The notes under the pieces: generated by a model
Databases searched by the model: none
Told to the model about the DNA's origin: nothing
The model's input: only the letters and a program-made list of their open reading frames with translations
Virus record (IMG/VR): IMGVR_UViG_3300031938_000001
Coordinates: 1-64,000 of that record
DNA from: a virus
Taxonomy: Duplodnaviria > Caudoviricetes
Length of the DNA: 64,000 nt
Strand: one strand, 5' to 3'
Translations under genes and position numbers: made by a program
In this document: positions 55,784 to 64,000 of the stretch, piece after piece
Numbering within the stretch: the stretch's first letter is position 1
Layout: every line of letters begins with the position of its first letter

Positions 55784-56111
55784 GCTCGTTCACCTCCCTC
55801 CCGAGGTTGAAGGTATATCCGTTGCCGTCCCACTCGGTCGTGACCGGCAGGAGCGTTGAGCCGCGACCGCACTCGTCGCTGGCCTCGATGTAGAGGTTGA
55901 TGTTGCACTCGCCCATATCGGAGAGCAATCGCTCACTCGGCGAACAGGCGCACTCCTCCACGCAGGCGGGATTCGCGCACACCATGTGGCAGTCGGAATG
56001 AGGCGGAGCTTGACAGATGAACCTCACGCGCGGCGGATCGTAGGCGCGGTCACCGAGGCCGAAGTCGATCTCGACAAAGTGATACTCGTCGGTGCGGTCA
56101 GGATCGGCCAT
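55743..56111 (-). CDS. Cys-rich hypothetical protein
   Basis: GGAGG RBS before MADPDRTD. Confidence 0.6.
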   Translation of the reverse strand: MADPDRTDEYHFVEIDFGLGDRAYDPPRVRFICQAPPHSDCHMVCANPACVEECACSPSERLLSDMGECNINLYIEASDECGRGSTLLPVTTEWDGNGYTFNLGREVNEHGDTDHPRGGRRS

Positions 56112-56538
56112 GGACTGCCTCCATTGCTTCCACCCACCGGGTGACGGTGGCATCGGTCAGGGTCCACGTGTGCCGAGCGAGCCGGGAGATGATCTTCTCG
56201 GCGAACGTCCCGGCATACGCATCGGCGGCGTCGTCGCCAGCCACGACGACGAGGATGGCTCGCGCCAGTAGCAGCGTGCCGCCCTCGCCGGGGGTCCACT
56301 CGTACGTCGTGGTCCACTCGTCCTCGCCCAGCCCGAGCGGGATGGACTCGCCGCCCGGAATCTCGCGCAGCACAATCGTCTCGCCGGGCTCGGCGCCGAG
56401 GCGTATGCCCCAAAACTGAGGCTCGGCGACTTCCTCAAGGCGCTTCTCGTACATCGCACGCGCCTCCTCGGGCTCGGCGAACGGGGCTACGACCCCGGTG
56501 TCGTAGAACCACTTCGGCGCGTCAGGCACGGGACTCAC
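56098..56538 (-). CDS. Hypothetical protein
   Basis: Operon packing. Confidence 0.65.
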   Translation of the reverse strand: MSPVPDAPKWFYDTGVVAPFAEPEEARAMYEKRLEEVAEPQFWGIRLGAEPGETIVLREIPGGESIPLGLGEDEWTTTYEWTPGEGGTLLLARAILVVVAGDDAADAYAGTFAEKIISRLARHTWTLTDATVTRWVEAMEAVHGRS

Positions 56539-56737
56539 CCATGCGAGCCAGCCGAGTCAGTTGCGCGGCCAGTAGCCCGGCCTCGTCCATCGAGAGCGCG
56601 CCACGGTGCACCGCATACACGGTGTCGCCCACGCGCACGGCGATGGACGAGGCCGCAATCTCGGCATCTACCTCGAGCGGCTTGCCGCTGATCGCATTCT
56701 CCACCGTCATGCCGATGCGGGCCGTCTCATTCACCAT
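56522..56737 (-). CDS. Hypothetical protein
   Basis: Start MVNETAR chosen. Confidence 0.55.
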   Translation of the reverse strand: MVNETARIGMTVENAISGKPLEVDAEIAASSIAVRVGDTVYAVHRGALSMDEAGLLAAQLTRLARMGESRA

Positions 56738-56963
56738 GAGGGTTGTCCCACACGAGTTTGATGATGTCCTCGACAGTCGCCGCGTCGTCCTCGTCTCCGC
56801 GAATGCAGGACTCGCAGATAAATGCATCAGGGACCGGGCCGCCGCCGGAGAGGCCAGCATAGAAGGCGCGATTGATGCGCAGTCCGAGCGTCTCGAGGTC
56901 GTTGTCGATCTCGACGTTGCCACAGAGGTTGCAGACAAGGGCCTTGACCCTCTTGGTCGCCAT
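56727..56963 (-). CDS. Zn-ribbon protein
   Basis: CNLC and CESC pairs. Confidence 0.65.
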   Translation of the reverse strand: MATKRVKALVCNLCGNVEIDNDLETLGLRINRAFYAGLSGGGPVPDAFICESCIRGDEDDAATVEDIIKLVWDNPHGE

Positions 56964-56971
56964 CTCTGAGC

Positions 56972-57643
56972 TCACCCCTGTCCGGCGCGAGCGAAGCACC
57001 CCGAGCACACCTCGGGGCCACGCAGCATCCGGTCCTCGAGGTTCGGGTAGGTCACTCCGCAGGGGCCGTTGCTGCCGACGATGCCGAGGCAGCGCACCCG
57101 CCCCTCGTAGTTGCCGTCCTCCAAGGGCTCGACGTGATACTCGACCATGCGCTCGATGCGCGTGCCGATGGAGTCCTCGCCGGGGCCAGCGAACGGGTTG
57201 GGGTAGGTCTGATCGAACTCCACCACGTCGCCGCTGCTCGCCGCGAGCCGGTCGTGCGCGGGCCGCGCGGGGCCGCTGCCGTCCGCAGCGGGCGGGGAGG
57301 CGTCGTTGGCCGGGTCGGGCTCGCTCGGGCGCCCGGCGGGGCTGGAATCGCCGTCAGCGAGCAGGCTTGCCTCCTCGTCGTGGTTGCGGTTGCACGCGAG
57401 GCACTGGCCGGTGTCGGCGGAGTGCTTGGCGGCGAGGATGCCGCAGAAGTACGAGGCCATGGCGGGGTCGCCAGCGGCAGCGCGCAGCAGGGCCGCGAGC
57501 GCTTCTCGCTGGTCGTCGTTGAGGTCGTCGATGAGTCGGTAGACCGAGTGCGACGCGGCGGAGTGCTCCATCCGGTGCCGCTCGATCTGCTCGCGCACCT
57601 CCGGCGGAAGGTCGTCAGGCGTGAAAAACATGAACTCAGACAT
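56972..57643 (-). CDS. Hypothetical protein with two Cys motifs
   Basis: CAGGAG RBS; CLAC, C...CSGC. Confidence 0.7.
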   Translation of the reverse strand: MSEFMFFTPDDLPPEVREQIERHRMEHSAASHSVYRLIDDLNDDQREALAALLRAAAGDPAMASYFCGILAAKHSADTGQCLACNRNHDEEASLLADGDSSPAGRPSEPDPANDASPPAADGSGPARPAHDRLAASSGDVVEFDQTYPNPFAGPGEDSIGTRIERMVEYHVEPLEDGNYEGRVRCLGIVGSNGPCGVTYPNLEDRMLRGPEVCSGCFARAGQG

Positions 57644-57689
57644 TGGCGTGCCGTCTCCTGTGTCAGGGTTGTGCGGGTCAATAGAGATA

Positions 57690-57737
57690 CAACACCCCCG
57701 GTCGCCTCCCCCTCAAGAGGTGTGACCGGGGGTGTTG
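57690..57737 (-). terminator. 14-bp hairpin downstream of SSB-like gene
   Basis: CAACACCCCCGGTC / GACCGGGGGTGTTG. Confidence 0.7.
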
Positions 57738-57792
57738 CCTGTGGGGTGACGGGGGGCGCGTGAACAAGGCAGAACACTACCCCCCGCCACCG

Positions 57793-58620
57793 TCAGAAGG
57801 GCGGCTCGTCGTCGGCCGCGTACGAAGGCGCTTCCGTCGGGGTGGCACCGCCGTCGCCCTTGCGGGGCTCCGTGGGCTCCTCGGTGGACCGCTGAGACTG
57901 CAGGAACTCCCTGATCTGCCGGTAGTTCTGCGCGTACTCAGGGTAGTCCACCTCCTCGGTCGCTGCCTTCTTCTGGAAGATCGGCGTCGCATAGTCCACC
58001 GATCCCCGCTTCTCGGCGCGGAGGCTGATCTCCGTGACCGCCGTGTAGAGCGGCTGGCGAGCGCGGGCGAACCCGCTGGTGTACGCCTTGGACGCCTTGA
58101 TGCCGGACCGCTGCAGGGTCAGGATGGCGGGCATCCAGTTGTCCTCACCCGCGTTGAGCATGAGCGGGTAGGTGTGCTGCTCACTGCACCACGGCGTGCT
58201 GCCCTTGGGGTTGGTGCCCCACTCCTTGAGCGCACACGAGTTACACGCGAGCGAGGGGTGCTCGGCGTCCGCCGCCGCGTCCTCGGCAGCCCGGCGGTCG
58301 AAGCCGGACTCCTTCCACGGGAACTCCTTGACGAACGGGAGCCCGTTGTGGAAGTCGAGCGAGCGGCACAGCGGGCCGTCGCCGTCCTCGACCTCGGGCG
58401 CCCACAGGATGCGCTGCTTGACGAGGCCGAGCAGGATCACAGTGATCTTGCCGTGGCGCTCGCCGGTGAGGTTGTCCTCGAACTCCGCATCCTTGCCGAC
58501 GATGCGGAGGCGCGGCATTACGAGGTCGGATGCCTCAAAGTCTTCGAGGCCCTCGATGCCGCTGTCGCTGCTGGTCGCCACGGCCGTCGATGCGGCTTCA
58601 TGGCGTGCGATTTCACTCAC
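57793..58620 (-). CDS. Single-stranded DNA-binding/annealing protein
   Basis: DLVMPRLRI; C.S.D...G; C..C; acidic tail DDEPPF. Confidence 0.7.
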   Translation of the reverse strand: MSEIARHEAASTAVATSSDSGIEGLEDFEASDLVMPRLRIVGKDAEFEDNLTGERHGKITVILLGLVKQRILWAPEVEDGDGPLCRSLDFHNGLPFVKEFPWKESGFDRRAAEDAAADAEHPSLACNSCALKEWGTNPKGSTPWCSEQHTYPLMLNAGEDNWMPAILTLQRSGIKASKAYTSGFARARQPLYTAVTEISLRAEKRGSVDYATPIFQKKAATEEVDYPEYAQNYRQIREFLQSQRSTEEPTEPRKGDGGATPTEAPSYAADDEPPF

Positions 58621-58670
58621 GTGAACCACTTTCTCTTGGGGTTGTGTTGTGTCGTTGGCCAGTGAACGGG

Positions 58671-59129
58671 TTACTTCGACGCCTTCACTGCGGCATAGAA
58701 GTGGAGCAACCCGCCGAGTTCCTCCAGTCGCGCAGCCTCCACGCGCGCCGTGAGGCGCGCAACGTCGGCGTCACGCTCGGCCTGCTCGTGCTTGCCCGCC
58801 GCCTCGTCGCGTTGTGCCCGTAGGTCACGCAGCGCCTCGTCGGTGTGCAGCACCACCTTGATGTGTTTCTCGAAGGCAGCCATGCTCATCTCCGAGTTGG
58901 CTGCCCGCTCGTCGGAAGTGAGCTCTATCTCACGATCAGCGATCAGTGAGTCGAACTTCTTCCGGTTCGCGTTCGCCACCCCGGCGTCGTCCCGAGCGGT
59001 GGTGTACGCGACCACGGCCGCCTTGGCGGCTTCGTAGGCGCGGTCCACCCCGAGGGCACCCTCGGCATACGCGCGAGCGCGTGCCTCGGGGTTCGCGGGC
59101 TTGCTGGCTTCGGTCGGCACGGTGATCAC
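58671..59129 (-). CDS. Coiled-coil protein
   Basis: Helical heptads; operon position. Confidence 0.65.
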   Translation of the reverse strand: MITVPTEASKPANPEARARAYAEGALGVDRAYEAAKAAVVAYTTARDDAGVANANRKKFDSLIADREIELTSDERAANSEMSMAAFEKHIKVVLHTDEALRDLRAQRDEAAGKHEQAERDADVARLTARVEAARLEELGGLLHFYAAVKASK

Positions 59130-59214
59130 CCTAGCGGGTGGGTGCGACGGTCGGGGCGGGTTGACGCGCCGTGGATGGGGATTCCCATCGCCGATTTGCT
59201 ATCGGCCATTGCAC

Positions 59215-59565
59215 TCACGCCTTCAACCATCCTCGCTCGTGATATCGGATTCTTTTGAACTTCATCCAGCGAATGAGTTCAGCTTCCTCGACGCGCCAAT
59301 CGGGCTTTTCTCCGAGTGGTGCGATGTTCAGCGCGAGCAGTCTGTCTTTCCTGCGCGCGCCGAGGGTTCGTTGGTCGAAGTGGATGTACTTCACACGCAT
59401 GGCTCGGAGTTCGAGATCGAGAATGCTGGCGATCTGGTCCAGCGTGTAGAGAAACGGTCGGGCTGGGAGGCCGACCGACTCGGGTCGCGGGGCGCCCAAT
59501 GAAAGCCTCCTGTCGGGGAAAGTGATGTGGGGCGGGTTCCCGACCATAGGAACCCGCCCCACCAT
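59215..59565 (-). CDS. Helix-turn-helix DNA-binding protein (MerR/excisionase-like)
   Basis: LYTLDQIASILDL...WRVEEAELIRWM. Confidence 0.7.
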   Translation of the reverse strand: MVGRVPMVGNPPHITFPDRRLSLGAPRPESVGLPARPFLYTLDQIASILDLELRAMRVKYIHFDQRTLGARRKDRLLALNIAPLGEKPDWRVEEAELIRWMKFKRIRYHERGWLKA

Positions 59566-59599
59566 GCCGAACCGACCCGACAGTCTGCGGCTACCGCTT

Positions 59600-59609
59600 A
59601 GGCTACACC
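59600..59609 (-). promoter_or_regulatory. Putative promoter GGTG-TAGCCT
   Basis: Same GGTG-TANNNT core as the left-arm promoters. Confidence 0.45.
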
Positions 59610-59642
59610 ACACCCATCGGTCGGTCGAGCATCGTCAGCGGC

Positions 59643-60716
59643 TCAGGCGCTCGCCTTCGCCTCGGCCTTGGCCGCCTTGCGAGCCGCGCTGGCCTCCGCC
59701 TTGAGAGCGGAGAGGCCCTTCTCCCGGCCGGCGTCGGTGTAGTCACCGAACGCCTTCGGCTTGGGGGAGAGGGTGGCGAAGCCGATGCCCTCCCAGCGGT
59801 CGAGGACGGCCGAGACGGCGCCGGTCGAGGGAGCCTTCTCCGCGCCACGCCGCTGCTGGACCTCCTTGGCGATCCGGTGCGGCGTGAGGCTCTCGCCCTC
59901 GGCGAGGGTGATCTTGCCGGTCACAAAGTCGTCCGTGACGGCCTTGACCTCGGGCTCGAGGTCGGTGCGCGCGGCGCGCTCCCGCTTCGGCTTGTCCTCG
60001 GCCACGGCCTCCGCGACCGGCTCGGTGCTGGCAGCCTCGGCGCGAGCGGCCTCGGCCTGTTCGTCGGCCTCGCGCTCGGTGTCGGTGCGCGCGTCGGCCA
60101 CCGCTTCCTCGGCGGGGACCTCGACGGCCACCGATGCCACGCCCTCGGGCTTGTCGTACTCGAAGTCCTCGGTGGGCTCGGCCACCGCGACCTCCTCGTG
60201 CTGCGTGTCGCTCACTTCGACCTCCATGTTTGGGACGCTTCCCGGCTTGGGAAGACCATCAGTAACGTTACTCGACAAGAGCACGTCACGCAAGGATGGT
60301 CCGAATCTTTTTCCAGTCGAGCGCTCCCACCCGGTGCCGAACACGTCGTCGAGGTACTCGCGGTGACACTCGCAGGTGCAAGGGATCTGGTCGTTATACT
60401 TCGCCTCCTTGCGGGTGCCGGGAGAGAAGAACCACACCTTGCATCGGGTGTGCGCCTCCAGTGGGGTGGTTTGCATGCACCACCCACTGATGGTGCGGGT
60501 CGGCTCGAGGCGCGGCCCGTCATACGCTGGCAAGGTGATGCGCTCGGGCGCCCGAAGTCGAGGTGGGGCAATGTCGCGCGCCGGGCTCGGCGATGTCGGT
60601 GCCGTGTGCTCCGCCGGGCCGCCGGATGTCAGCGACATGGGTTCCGTCTCGACTCCGAGCGCAGCGGCGAACAGGTCTTCGACCTCGGCGTTCTTGTTGG
60701 TGATGATCCCGGTCAC
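59643..60716 (-). CDS. Protein with Cys motifs, acidic linker and C-terminal winged-helix-like domain
   Basis: GTGA coupling; LTPHRIAKEV...PSTGAVSAVLDRW. Confidence 0.7.
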   Translation of the reverse strand: MTGIITNKNAEVEDLFAAALGVETEPMSLTSGGPAEHTAPTSPSPARDIAPPRLRAPERITLPAYDGPRLEPTRTISGWCMQTTPLEAHTRCKVWFFSPGTRKEAKYNDQIPCTCECHREYLDDVFGTGWERSTGKRFGPSLRDVLLSSNVTDGLPKPGSVPNMEVEVSDTQHEEVAVAEPTEDFEYDKPEGVASVAVEVPAEEAVADARTDTEREADEQAEAARAEAASTEPVAEAVAEDKPKRERAARTDLEPEVKAVTDDFVTGKITLAEGESLTPHRIAKEVQQRRGAEKAPSTGAVSAVLDRWEGIGFATLSPKPKAFGDYTDAGREKGLSALKAEASAARKAAKAEAKASA

Positions 60717-61345
60717 GGAAGAACGACCCCCTTCTCCTTGTCGTACATCTCGATGGCGCGACGGATGCCGAAGCAGCACCACAGGAAATGCGGGGTGTAG
60801 TCACTGAAGTCCCACTCCCACGTGTCGTAGAACTCGACCGTCTTGGGTGCGCCAAGGGGGTGCTCGAGGTCCATGTAGACGTGACTGAACTCGGAGACGA
60901 GCGTGTGCGCCTCGTTGTTCGAGTAGACTTGATCGTCTAGGAGCTCAGACTTCACGGCCTTCACGAAGCCCTCTCGTGCGACCTCTGGCAGGCCCTCGAG
61001 AACGTCGTCTGCGTGCTCCTTGACGAGGCGCTTGAACTTCTCCTCCGAGAACTCTTTCGTCTGTCCAGCGACGCACTTCTCGGCCCAATAGCCGGGATTG
61101 ATATCCCTCCCCGAGCGGAAGAACTCGAACATGTCCTCGAGTCGAGAGAACACGAACGAGCCCATGTCTCCGTTGATCACGAGGCGGCCCGGCCACGACA
61201 GCACTTCATACCAGTAGAATGAAGTGCCGGGCTTCTTGATGAGAAGGTATCGGTAGATCTCATGGTCGTGCTTGATCATCAAGATGTGCTCGGCGGTGTC
61301 CTTGGTGAAGCGCTCCGCCTCCTTGGGGTAGCTCTTACTCTCCAC
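60713..61345 (-). CDS. Conserved phage hypothetical protein (WPG.L...GDMG...F.R..DMF.FFR)
   Basis: AAGGAG RBS; recalled widespread prophage family of unknown function. Confidence 0.75.
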   Translation of the reverse strand: MESKSYPKEAERFTKDTAEHILMIKHDHEIYRYLLIKKPGTSFYWYEVLSWPGRLVINGDMGSFVFSRLEDMFEFFRSGRDINPGYWAEKCVAGQTKEFSEEKFKRLVKEHADDVLEGLPEVAREGFVKAVKSELLDDQVYSNNEAHTLVSEFSHVYMDLEHPLGAPKTVEFYDTWEWDFSDYTPHFLWCCFGIRRAIEMYDKEKGVVLP

Positions 61346-61772
61346 TGTGCTTCTCCTTAAGGTGATTGTTCAGGTGCCGAAGTGCTCGGTTCCAGTCCCA
61401 CGAGAGGATGTTCCACCCGCAGGGGCACAGCCCGTGCCATTTCCAAGGCGTTCGACCCTCGTTCGCGTAGCGCAAGAACAGTCGGGGCCTTGCCGGTGCG
61501 CCCGCGACGGCTGCCGCGAGGACCATGCGCCATCCGGTGAGCGAGCGCGGCCCGAAGTGGCCCAGCCAAGTGCGCTCGGCCCCCTCCTCCTCGCCGCGAG
61601 CGTGCCGCTGGAGGGCATAGTGGACGACCATCGTGTCGTTGCTATCCCGAGGAAAGCCGACATCCCGAAGAAAGCCAATACGCTCGGCCATCTTCAGGCC
61701 CGACTCTAGGTTGATCGGATCGACGTTGACACCCGGCGTCAGGCGCCTGCCATCCCACGTCCTCGCCGTCAT
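61335..61772 (-). CDS. Hypothetical protein with C-terminal Zn finger
   Basis: GAGGAG RBS; CPCG...HL..H. Confidence 0.7.
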   Translation of the reverse strand: MTARTWDGRRLTPGVNVDPINLESGLKMAERIGFLRDVGFPRDSNDTMVVHYALQRHARGEEEGAERTWLGHFGPRSLTGWRMVLAAAVAGAPARPRLFLRYANEGRTPWKWHGLCPCGWNILSWDWNRALRHLNNHLKEKHSGE

Positions 61773-62518
61773 GACTCCTCCTTGACGTACTCAAAGGGCT
61801 TGACGTTTCGGACGGCGCCGCGCGGCACCAGCACCTCAGACTCGCCACGTCGGGACAGGTAGCCGATGGCCGCCGACTTATCCACCTCGCCGGACACCAG
61901 TGGGTCGCTGGCGTTGAAGCGGTGGGCAAAGAAGTGAGCGATCTTCGGGTCGAGCGACCATGAGTAGCCGCCGTCCTCGATGTCACCTCGGTAGAGCGTG
62001 AGCACGTCGGGCAGCGCGGCGAACTCCTCGATCTCGCGTTCGGACGCGAGCACCAGTCCATCGGCGTCGGCCAGCATGGCGTCCCACTCGGCGACGTGCT
62101 GCTCAAGGTTCTCGCTGTCCACCCACACGTCAGCGGCTAGGTCGCGCACGGACTGCGCGTGCTGGCTCAACGGGATGGGGTCGCCACCCTCGTCGTCATA
62201 GCGGCCGACGATGTACTCAATGAGCGCCCACGTCCGATATGGACGTTCGTGCAGGAACACCGCCCTGTGCCAGTCGCCCTCGCGAATGGCCTCCTCGAGA
62301 TGGGCCTTCTTCTGCCTGTAGCCCTCGTTGGAGCGCCCCGGCAGCATGAGTGGGATCTCGTAGATCAGAGGGTGGCGCAGCATCTTGCCGAACGTCGCGC
62401 TCTCCTCGACGTACCCCTCCAATTCGGGGAGCAGTGGCTCCTTGGACCACTTCTCCATCTGCTCCATGAAGGCCATGGGGTCCTTCAGGTCGCCTGTTGC
62501 ATCGCTTCTTGTAGCCAT
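61769..62518 (-). CDS. Putative ADP-ribosyltransferase (R-S-E type) domain protein
   Basis: LYRG, YSWS, ESEVLV; GGAGG RBS before MATRSD. Confidence 0.6.
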   Translation of the reverse strand: MATRSDATGDLKDPMAFMEQMEKWSKEPLLPELEGYVEESATFGKMLRHPLIYEIPLMLPGRSNEGYRQKKAHLEEAIREGDWHRAVFLHERPYRTWALIEYIVGRYDDEGGDPIPLSQHAQSVRDLAADVWVDSENLEQHVAEWDAMLADADGLVLASEREIEEFAALPDVLTLYRGDIEDGGYSWSLDPKIAHFFAHRFNASDPLVSGEVDKSAAIGYLSRRGESEVLVPRGAVRNVKPFEYVKEES

Positions 62519-63027
62519 CGTTCCTCCGATTCGGGGCTCCATCTGCGTACCTGTGGGTGGTTGCGCCAACGGATGTTGACGTAGATCTCATCTTCTCGAC
62601 TATCCCAATAGGAGTTGTGACTTCCCTCTATCTCGATGTCGATGGGCACCGAGCCAGCCAATACCTCGGCATCGAATCCCTGGATGTCCTTATACTTCGG
62701 ATCCTCGTTCTTGAGCAGGTTCATGCCACAGGCCGAGCACTCGATCTTGATCTCACCGAAGTCCACGCACAACTCCCAGAGATGCTGCGGGCACGCCTTC
62801 TCCCTTTCGAGTTGGGCTAGGCGCCGTTCCTCCTTGAGGCGCTCGCGCTTCTTATAGTCGTAGTCCTTGCAGGCGGATACGAACTTGATCAAGATGGCAT
62901 CCTCGCGCCTGCGCCAGAAGTCCTCCTCCATGACCTCGGAGGCGACCTCGTAGCAGCGAGAACGGTCACGCCAGTCGATGACGTTCTCGTCCTCGCTGCT
63001 ACGAATGGGCCAGTCGTGGACCCTCAT
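62485..63027 (-). CDS. Hypothetical protein with Zn ribbon
   Basis: ATGA coupling; CPQH...CSAC. Confidence 0.6.
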   Translation of the reverse strand: MRVHDWPIRSSEDENVIDWRDRSRCYEVASEVMEEDFWRRREDAILIKFVSACKDYDYKKRERLKEERRLAQLEREKACPQHLWELCVDFGEIKIECSACGMNLLKNEDPKYKDIQGFDAEVLAGSVPIDIEIEGSHNSYWDSREDEIYVNIRWRNHPQVRRWSPESEERWLQEAMQQAT

Positions 63028-63272
63028 GCGCCCGGCACCCCGCTACGGCGGAGTTGGGCGATGTAGTTCTTCGCGGCGTGCCCACTGCGGGGCGGCGTGC
63101 ACGCGGTGAACACCTTCTGGCCGCCCGGCCCGAACCATCCCAACTTGCCGTTGCCGGTTATGAAGATGGCCCAACCCTCGGCACGCGCGGCTTTGGCGAT
63201 CTTCCGCCATTGCCTCGGGATGCTGTTGAGGCCAACCTCGTTGCGGCCCTCGGGCAGCAGGGAGACTCGCAA
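63024..63272 (-). CDS. HicA-like small protein
   Basis: ARAEGW.I..TGNG...W..P.G......TP...KN....LRR.G. Confidence 0.6.
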   Translation of the reverse strand: MRVSLLPEGRNEVGLNSIPRQWRKIAKAARAEGWAIFITGNGKLGWFGPGGQKVFTACTPPRSGHAAKNYIAQLRRSGVPGA

Positions 63273-63292
63273 CTCGCGAGACTTCTGTCGGC

Positions 63293-63850
63293 TCAGTGAA
63301 CGATGGTGACCTCGAGAGCTGGCCTTGGGTTGCGAATGACCCTCGTCTCCAGCAGGGCTGCTCGGTTCACTTGGTTGACCGCCGTCCGCATCCTCGCGCG
63401 AACCTTCGCAATGTCCTTCTGGTCGGACGGCAGGTGAAAATACGTGGTCCCAGAGGCGCCGGCGACCTTGGTCGCCGCGTCCTTGGTGAGTTCAGGCAGG
63501 TCTCCCTCGGGGATGACCGGCTCGGGCATGCTGGGAAGCGGCTGATCCTGCGGGGGCGGGCTCGCCTTCACCCTCGGGAGCGAGTGCCGGACGCCCCGCG
63601 CGGCAGCCACCGCAGCGCGCACAGCCTTCTCGTCGTCCTCGGTGAGGGTGTTCGACACGTCATACCAGATGACGATCTCGCCGTCGAACGACTCGACGGT
63701 CACGATGTCGTCGTAGTACTTGATGCCGCGAGCCTCGAGGTCTTTGTTCACGAAGGTGAGAGCCTTCGTCAACTCCGTCATGTTGCTGGGGCTCGGGAGA
63801 ATGACTTGTTTCTTGATCACGGTCACCACCCGGTGTGTGTATGTAGCCAC
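63293..63850 (-). CDS. Hypothetical protein
   Basis: AAGGAG RBS. Confidence 0.7.
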   Translation of the reverse strand: MATYTHRVVTVIKKQVILPSPSNMTELTKALTFVNKDLEARGIKYYDDIVTVESFDGEIVIWYDVSNTLTEDDEKAVRAAVAAARGVRHSLPRVKASPPPQDQPLPSMPEPVIPEGDLPELTKDAATKVAGASGTTYFHLPSDQKDIAKVRARMRTAVNQVNRAALLETRVIRNPRPALEVTIVH

Positions 63851-63877
63851 TGGACTATCTCCTTGTTGTGTGTCGGG

Positions 63878-64000
63878 TCAGGCAATGTCGGCGGCGTCGC
63901 GCATATCGCGCTCGGCCACCCCGGTGTAGATCTCGGTCGTTCTACTGGTCGCGTGACCGAGAAGGTCTTGCACCGCTCGGAGATTCTTGCTCTTGGCGTA
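63878..64000 (-). CDS. Tyrosine recombinase/integrase, C-terminal end (partial)
   Basis: Hand-translated NLRAVQDLLGHATSRTTEIY: catalytic His and Tyr. Confidence 0.9.
   Translation of the reverse strand, partial: YAKSKNLRAVQDLLGHATSRTTEIYTGVAERDMRDAADIA

Noticed and set aside
63878-64000. attP site and definite integration module
   Set aside because: Only the last 40 codons are visible; could be a Xer-like resolvase; no att core identifiable

Overview
This window is an internal 64-kb section of a high-GC tailed (siphovirus-type) phage that very probably infects an actinobacterium; no host housekeeping context is visible. Both edges cut minus-strand genes: an unknown ORF downstream of a MoxR-type ATPase at the left and a tyrosine recombinase at the right. 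Layout: (1) 1-5.7 kb, leftward genes with a repeated promoter motif and GCCAGCG-rich arrays; (2) about 5.7-7.0 kb, a non-coding divergence point with an AT-rich, repeat-bearing patch; (3) 7.0-12.6 kb, rightward small genes, a MazG-like gene and an atypical tRNA-Leu(CAA); (4) 12.5-16.0 kb, leftward AEP primase and Zn-finger/DUF3987-type helicase; (5) 16.3-44.6 kb, rightward packaging, head, tail and lysis genes with a classic -1 tail-chaperone frameshift; (6) 44.7-64 kb, leftward DNA-metabolism arm (C5 and amino MTases, Cas4/RecB-like nuclease, RusA, beta clamp, oligoribonuclease, SNF2 helicase, SSB, ART-like and HicA-like proteins, recombinase). The top finding is a complete WhiB domain (48490-48795, missing from the ORF track) with no start codon of its own. 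It is reachable by a -1 slip at G GGA AAA just before the stop of the upstream acidic ORF. That ORF carries a beta-clamp-binding-like hexapeptide (QMVLPL), and the phage encodes its own clamp, suggesting a frameshift-controlled, clamp-tethered transcription factor. A one-base sequence error is the main alternative. All protein family calls are by-eye motif recognition, not database results.
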